Source: Pseudomonadota bacterium (GTDB taxonomy: Bacteria > Bdellovibrionota > FAC87 > UBA2466). Taken from it: a stretch of DNA of 18,766 bases. The stretch lies in contig JAYSWN010000203.1 in NCBI GenBank assembly GCA_043718025.1, positions 1-18,766 on the forward strand, in the 5' to 3' direction. A model generated the notes under the pieces. It was not told the DNA's origin. It worked only from the letters and a program-made list of their open reading frames with translations, and ran no database searches. Numbering within the stretch: the stretch's first letter is position 1; each line of letters starts with the position of its first letter. Positions 14,458 through 18,766 of the stretch are shown one piece after another. The translations under genes were made by a program, and so were the position numbers.

Positions 14458-14746
14458 TCAATCGGACTTCATTCCTTATCGTAGGTCGTCCCTTTTTATC
14501 CATCACGGTCATTAGGACTTTCCAAGCCTTCAAAAAAGATCCGTTATTCGACCATTCTTGAAACCTGCGATGCAGAGTGGCTCTCGACCCGTACATTGCC
14601 GGAATTTGATGCCAACTAGAACCGGTCCTAAGTATGAAAAGAAGGCCGTTAAAAATCTGCCGATCGTTAGTCCTGGGCCTTCCACCGCCCACACTCTTCG
14701 ATAGTTGTTTGCTGACAAGCCGCCACTGGATTGCGTTGAAGTCCAT
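14426..14746 (-). mobile_element. Truncated IS5-family transposase N-terminus (DUF4096-like); no DDE domain present
   Basis: W...GRPRTNDRQIFNGLLFILRTGSSWHQIPAMYGSRATLHRRFQEWSNNG matches the IS5-family N-terminal pattern. The ORF runs into the 3' end of the PIN gene. Confidence 0.85.
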
Positions 14747-14863
14747 TCAGCGGAATTTGATCGAACTCAAACCGCTTGAAAACAGCGCTGCGTGATCTTT
14801 TGAGACATATCCTGAGGAAACTCCCTTACCCACCTTTGGACCTACCCCAATTGAGTGGATGCC

Positions 14864-16543
14864 CTATTTACCGGACTTGATCGCTCGGTAGAAACCATAA
14901 TTCGGTTTCTCAATTAACGGTGGTTGTTGAAAAGAAGAATAAAAGCGGAAGTCTCGGGGGTCACTCGGCTTAGTCTCAAAGTACTCCTGTTTATAGGGTA
15001 CCCAATTCAGCAGTAGCACTAGCGTGCGTTCCGTAAACGCCTTGCTGGCGTTGTCAAAACAGGCTTTGAATTCTCTTCCGTTGCAAACATCCCACGTGCT
15101 GAGCCCAGTTGGTTTATAGGGCAGCAGTAGATAGCCTATGGGAAAGCTGGGCCCGAGAAAAATTGAATCAAAGCCACTAGGAAGTCTTGCAAGGTCTGCT
15201 TGGAGCTCTGAAAGAAACCTTTGTTTAATTGGTACGGTGTAGAGTCCTCGGTAAGGGCCAAAATTCACCTTCGCGACCAGATCATTCACCTTCTCATCGT
15301 TGTAGACCGAGCGAAAATAGGAGCAGAAAGCTAAGATAAGTATAAGAAAAGAGGGTAAGGCCGCTTTTGGGCTCACTTCTTCAACGCATTCGATCCAAAA
15401 GCAGATGCTAAGTAAAAACGCCGGAATCCAACCGAGGCAGACCGCATGAAATCCGTTTGTACTCAATGTGCCAAGAATAAGACCAGCTAGAATCGATGGA
15501 ACCCATATCAATCCGAGCTCATAACGCCGGTTTTTTTTAAAATGAATTAATCTCAGCAATGCCAATGGCGCGATGGTGAGAATAATACCGGTAGGACCTA
15601 ATCCCCCTGAACCGGTCTTATTGAGAATGATTAGCACCGGTAGAGGCGCAAGCAGAAGAAACAGTCTGAGCGGAGCGGGAGTCTTCAGTTTAAGAGCAAG
15701 ATAAAGCGAACCAATGAGCACAAGCGTTCCTCGGCGAACCAAAAAGCCAAGCACTGAAAATAAAAAATCGAACGCATGTCCTGCGTTAGACAGTTTCGAT
15801 GTATAAACGCCACCATTTTCATTTAGAGTTATGACATAGCGAAAAAACTCTGCGGGGTTAATTTTGAAGCTGAACAACACCAGCCCAACGGGAAACATGA
15901 CCGCCAATAAAAAAAGGAGAGCTTCTTTCTTTCCCTTCGTTAATAGGTGAAGAAATTTCAAGGGAAGGAAAATGACCAAGGGTGGATAGGCAATGGCCGC
16001 GCAAGAAATGAGAATTCCCGCAAGAAAACTCCTTCCTTGGTAAGCGTCGACAAAAAGGGCCACCAAAAAAAAACCAGCCCCCATCGTGTAATAGGATAAC
16101 GCTGTAATGCCCAGGGGAATGAAGCAAATATAGAGTAAAGACCCGATTCCGGCCGCGGTTAAGGAAGTAACCTTACGCAAACACGTAAACGTAATACCGC
16201 CGACACAAAATACAAACAGGACATATAAGATCCGCATGTACAAAAACAGTCCGTCGAGACTGCCTGTGAATTTATAATACAATCCTACGCACGGGGATAA
16301 AAGAAAGCCCATTGTTTGGGCTAGATTTTTCTCGTCGATAAAAGGTCGATCACCCATCCATAAGCGAAACGCATTAGTTAGGTACCAAGCCTCATCAACA
16401 AAATCTACTCCGAAGCGGATTCTCCAGAGCAATGCTAAAAACACTATGATCGAAGTTAGAATGAGTGTCGGTGCCAAATACTTAGCCGGCGCCTTAAGGT
16501 TTCCCACTGTGCCTTTGCTTTCCTTTTCCTTGAATTTTTCCAT
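14864..16543 (-). CDS. Polytopic membrane protein, probable GT-C-fold glycosyltransferase (ArnT/PMT-like)
   Basis: Many hydrophobic helices, a DFVDEAWY acidic motif after the first TM helix, and a soluble C-terminal domain. Start 16543 (ATG) or 16567. Confidence 0.65.
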   Translation of the reverse strand: MEKFKEKESKGTVGNLKAPAKYLAPTLILTSIIVFLALLWRIRFGVDFVDEAWYLTNAFRLWMGDRPFIDEKNLAQTMGFLLSPCVGLYYKFTGSLDGLFLYMRILYVLFVFCVGGITFTCLRKVTSLTAAGIGSLLYICFIPLGITALSYYTMGAGFFLVALFVDAYQGRSFLAGILISCAAIAYPPLVIFLPLKFLHLLTKGKKEALLFLLAVMFPVGLVLFSFKINPAEFFRYVITLNENGGVYTSKLSNAGHAFDFLFSVLGFLVRRGTLVLIGSLYLALKLKTPAPLRLFLLLAPLPVLIILNKTGSGGLGPTGIILTIAPLALLRLIHFKKNRRYELGLIWVPSILAGLILGTLSTNGFHAVCLGWIPAFLLSICFWIECVEEVSPKAALPSFLILILAFCSYFRSVYNDEKVNDLVAKVNFGPYRGLYTVPIKQRFLSELQADLARLPSGFDSIFLGPSFPIGYLLLPYKPTGLSTWDVCNGREFKACFDNASKAFTERTLVLLLNWVPYKQEYFETKPSDPRDFRFYSSFQQPPLIEKPNYGFYRAIKSGK

Positions 16544-16791
16544 GGAAGAAAGTGGTTGTTTTTTCAAACTAAGTTATCGGAAGAGAGAGGATTAAAAATT
16601 AGAAGTGCGGAGCGCGATGTGTCGAACCGTTTTTTTCGTCCCAAACATCAAGACCGCCTTTGATTTTATAGGAGTTTTCAAAAGGGGTAAAGCCACGGCG
16701 AAGCGGGGCGGCGTTTAGGGTACGACCGGTCTGTTCTTAAACAGACGCCGCGACCCGTCGCGTTAGGCGCACGTGCCTATTTAGAGGGTAT

Positions 16792-17439
16792 TTACGTCCA
16801 GATCTCTTTGGCGAACGTTAAAATAATGCGCTCCGCACGCCGAAACTCTTCATCATAATGCACCGGCGGCTCCACAAAAATCGCGTGCGTTAGGGCCCCC
16901 ACTAAATACGAACGAATTTTTTTTGCCACCTCGTTGATCTGTTTCTTACCGACCCCTTTTTTCAGTCTCCCCGAAGCAAGAATAGCTTCGATGCGTGAGA
17001 TTCCGGCCAAAACAATTTGCTCGTTTAACTTCCGGTACGCGGGCACCACCGCGCCGTAATAATGCAATAACAGCATCACCGCCGCGTGTTTGGGATAACG
17101 CTCAAACCAAGTAAACGTAGCTTTGGTATGCGCCAAAAGGCGCTCGGTCGGGTGGTTAGCCACCGTCAAATGAGCCACGGTGATCTCTTGGCCGGTCAAA
17201 ACCACGTACTGAATCGCCGCCCCAATCATCTTTTCCTGATTGGGAAAGTAGTAGTTAATGTGCGAACGAAGCATCTTGGTGCGCTTGCTGATATTGAGAG
17301 AAGTCAGGCTGTGAAGGCCATCTTCGGCCAGGCAATCGATCACCGCATTCAAAATAACCATGCGGCGCATGTCCGCTTTGCTTTGTTTGAATTCAGCGAT
17401 TTGCTCGAAAAGAGGTTCGGTTTTGGTTCGCGATTTCAT
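16792..17439 (-). CDS. TetR/AcrR-family transcriptional regulator
   Basis: N-terminal HTH RRMVILNAVIDCLAEDGLHSLTSLNISKRTKMLRSHINYYFPN. Confidence 0.88.
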   Translation of the reverse strand: MKSRTKTEPLFEQIAEFKQSKADMRRMVILNAVIDCLAEDGLHSLTSLNISKRTKMLRSHINYYFPNQEKMIGAAIQYVVLTGQEITVAHLTVANHPTERLLAHTKATFTWFERYPKHAAVMLLLHYYGAVVPAYRKLNEQIVLAGISRIEAILASGRLKKGVGKKQINEVAKKIRSYLVGALTHAIFVEPPVHYDEEFRRAERIILTFAKEIWT

Positions 17440-17492
17440 TTAATTGAGGCGTCGAGTGTAGCTTTTATCGCCACTAATTCCCACTGAAGAAT

Positions 17493-18281
17493 CTAGCGCT
17501 TTTTGCTCACCAGCTTCACCCCTAAAATACTAAGCTCGTAGAGCCCACATAGGGGTACGGCCACCATCAGCATGGTCACCGCATCCGGCGACGGCGTAAG
17601 AATGGCGGCGGCGATAGTAAGGGCAAAGTAGGCCTGCCGCCGGTAGGTTGAAAGCATTATGGGACTAATGATGCCCAAGGCCCCCAACAAAGTAAGCACC
17701 ACCGGCAGCTCAAATAACAGCCCCACGGCGCCCAACATTTTGAGCGTAAGGGGAAAGTATTCGGTGATGGTGATAAGCGGCTTTTGGGCCGAGGCATCAC
17801 CAAAACCAATCAAGAATTCGTAGCCGTAGGGGATGACGAGGTAGTAACCAAAGGCCAATCCCGCTACAAAACTTAGGGTGCCCATCACCATAAAAGGCAC
17901 GGCGTAGCGGCGCTCATTTGCCGAAAGACCGGGTTTAACGAAAGACCAGATAAGGTAGAGCTGGTAAGGCACCGTAAGAAACAGCGCCGAAATAAAACTC
18001 ACCTGCATCGACACCACGAATTTATCGGCGATGCCGGTGAAGTAGAGAAATTGCTGGTCGACCGGAAAGTACCGAAGTAGCGGCCGCTGTAAAAATTGTA
18101 AGATGTAATCCGACTGCCGAAACGTAAACACCAGGGCAACGGCGATCGCAACCAGACTGCGTACCAAAATATTTCGCAGGTCCTCTAGATGTAGCGACAA
18201 GGGCTGCGCAACGTCTTGCGAATGCGCGTCGGTCTTTATTTTAGGCGCTATCTTAAGTCTGGTTTGCCGCGGGCTACGCAT
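17493..18281 (-). CDS. tatC: Twin-arginine translocase subunit TatC
   Basis: HLEDLR, YQLYLIWSFVKPGL..ERRY, FELPV, AAILTPSPD and LYELSI motifs; six TM segments. Confidence 0.97.
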   Translation of the reverse strand: MRSPRQTRLKIAPKIKTDAHSQDVAQPLSLHLEDLRNILVRSLVAIAVALVFTFRQSDYILQFLQRPLLRYFPVDQQFLYFTGIADKFVVSMQVSFISALFLTVPYQLYLIWSFVKPGLSANERRYAVPFMVMGTLSFVAGLAFGYYLVIPYGYEFLIGFGDASAQKPLITITEYFPLTLKMLGAVGLLFELPVVLTLLGALGIISPIMLSTYRRQAYFALTIAAAILTPSPDAVTMLMVAVPLCGLYELSILGVKLVSKKR

Positions 18282-18299
18282 GGCGATTGGAGTTTAGGG

Positions 18300-18599
18300 T
18301 TAGGCGCTTTTCTTGCGTCGTGGTTTCTTGGTGCTGCTTTTGGCCAACGTCTTTTTACGGGCCTTGGGGGCGGAAGCAATTTGGCGCGGTGTTTCGAACT
18401 TTAGTTCGGTACTAAAACTCTTTTGGGCTTCCTGAGGCGGGTTAACCCCTTTTTCATCGAACTCACCCGAAACCGCTTTTTTAAAATCGCGTAAGCCTTT
18501 ACCAAGGCTCTTCGCCAACTCGGGCAAACGGCGGGGACCAAAAAGGAGCAAGGCGGCGGCTCCCAAAATCAACATCTCTGGCAATCCCAAATTAAACAT
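18300..18599 (-). CDS. tatA: Twin-arginine translocase TatA/TatE-family subunit
   Basis: MFNLGLPEMLILGAAALLLFGPRRLPELAKSLGKGLRDFKKA. ATG 18599 follows a purine-rich RBS; adjacent to tatC. Confidence 0.93.
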   Translation of the reverse strand: MFNLGLPEMLILGAAALLLFGPRRLPELAKSLGKGLRDFKKAVSGEFDEKGVNPPQEAQKSFSTELKFETPRQIASAPKARKKTLAKSSTKKPRRKKSA

Positions 18600-18766
18600 A
18601 CCTACCCCTTGAAACTGGATTCTCTCTAACCTCTGCTTATCGACACACCACGCAAAAATCTTAAACCCATGTGAATACCCGGCGACTTTGTCGCCCCCCT
18701 TTTCCCCAGCGAAAATGTCGCCCCCCACTAAACTAAGCCTCTGAAATTCATCATGAGTTGGGGGGC

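Noticed and set aside
16708..16722. CGGCGTTTAGGGTAC resembling copy D (CGGCGTTTTGGGGTAC)
   Set aside because: The similarity does not extend and there is no core or CTATCC end.
17493..18599. tatA-tatC without tatB as a novelty
   Set aside because: Minimal TatAC arrangements are common, and tatB may be encoded elsewhere.
18681..18726. TGTCGCCCCCC direct repeat and GGCGAC/GTCGCC hairpin upstream of tatA
   Set aside because: Low complexity and at the window edge; no function can be supported.
18600..18728. N-terminal extension of TatA given in the ORF track
   Set aside because: TatA similarity and the RBS indicate the start at 18599.

Overview
Bacterial window with housekeeping-type flanks: on the left a 5'-truncated multi-PAS histidine kinase, its response regulator and a DUF374-type acyltransferase; on the right a GT-C-type membrane protein, TetR, tatC and tatA. 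Between them is an accessory region of about 11.7 kb (roughly 3000-14750). It carries five minus-strand orphan proteins with signal peptides or N-terminal anchors and three toxin-antitoxin-type operons: two homologous MNT-HEPN pairs with different N-terminal DNA-binding domains, and one AbrB-PIN pair. It also holds a complete tRNA-Gly(TCC) and several gene fragments: the pyrG 3' end, a tyrosine-recombinase C-terminus, an IS5-family transposase N-terminus and a duplicated gene junction. The most notable unannotated signal is a dispersed family of ~114-bp intergenic repeats in one orientation (full copies 9651-9764 and 13138-13251; degenerate or partial copies ~3075-3168, 11438-11477, 13003-13029). 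The family has a covarying hairpin, a 28-bp TAA-N6-TTA core shaped like a tyrosine-recombinase/dif site, and one apparently recombinant copy. Copies sit at cargo-gene boundaries and at the breakpoints of truncated genes. This is consistent with a cassette-shuffling or MITE-like system, but that reading is inference. Alignments were done by eye and no database searches were possible.
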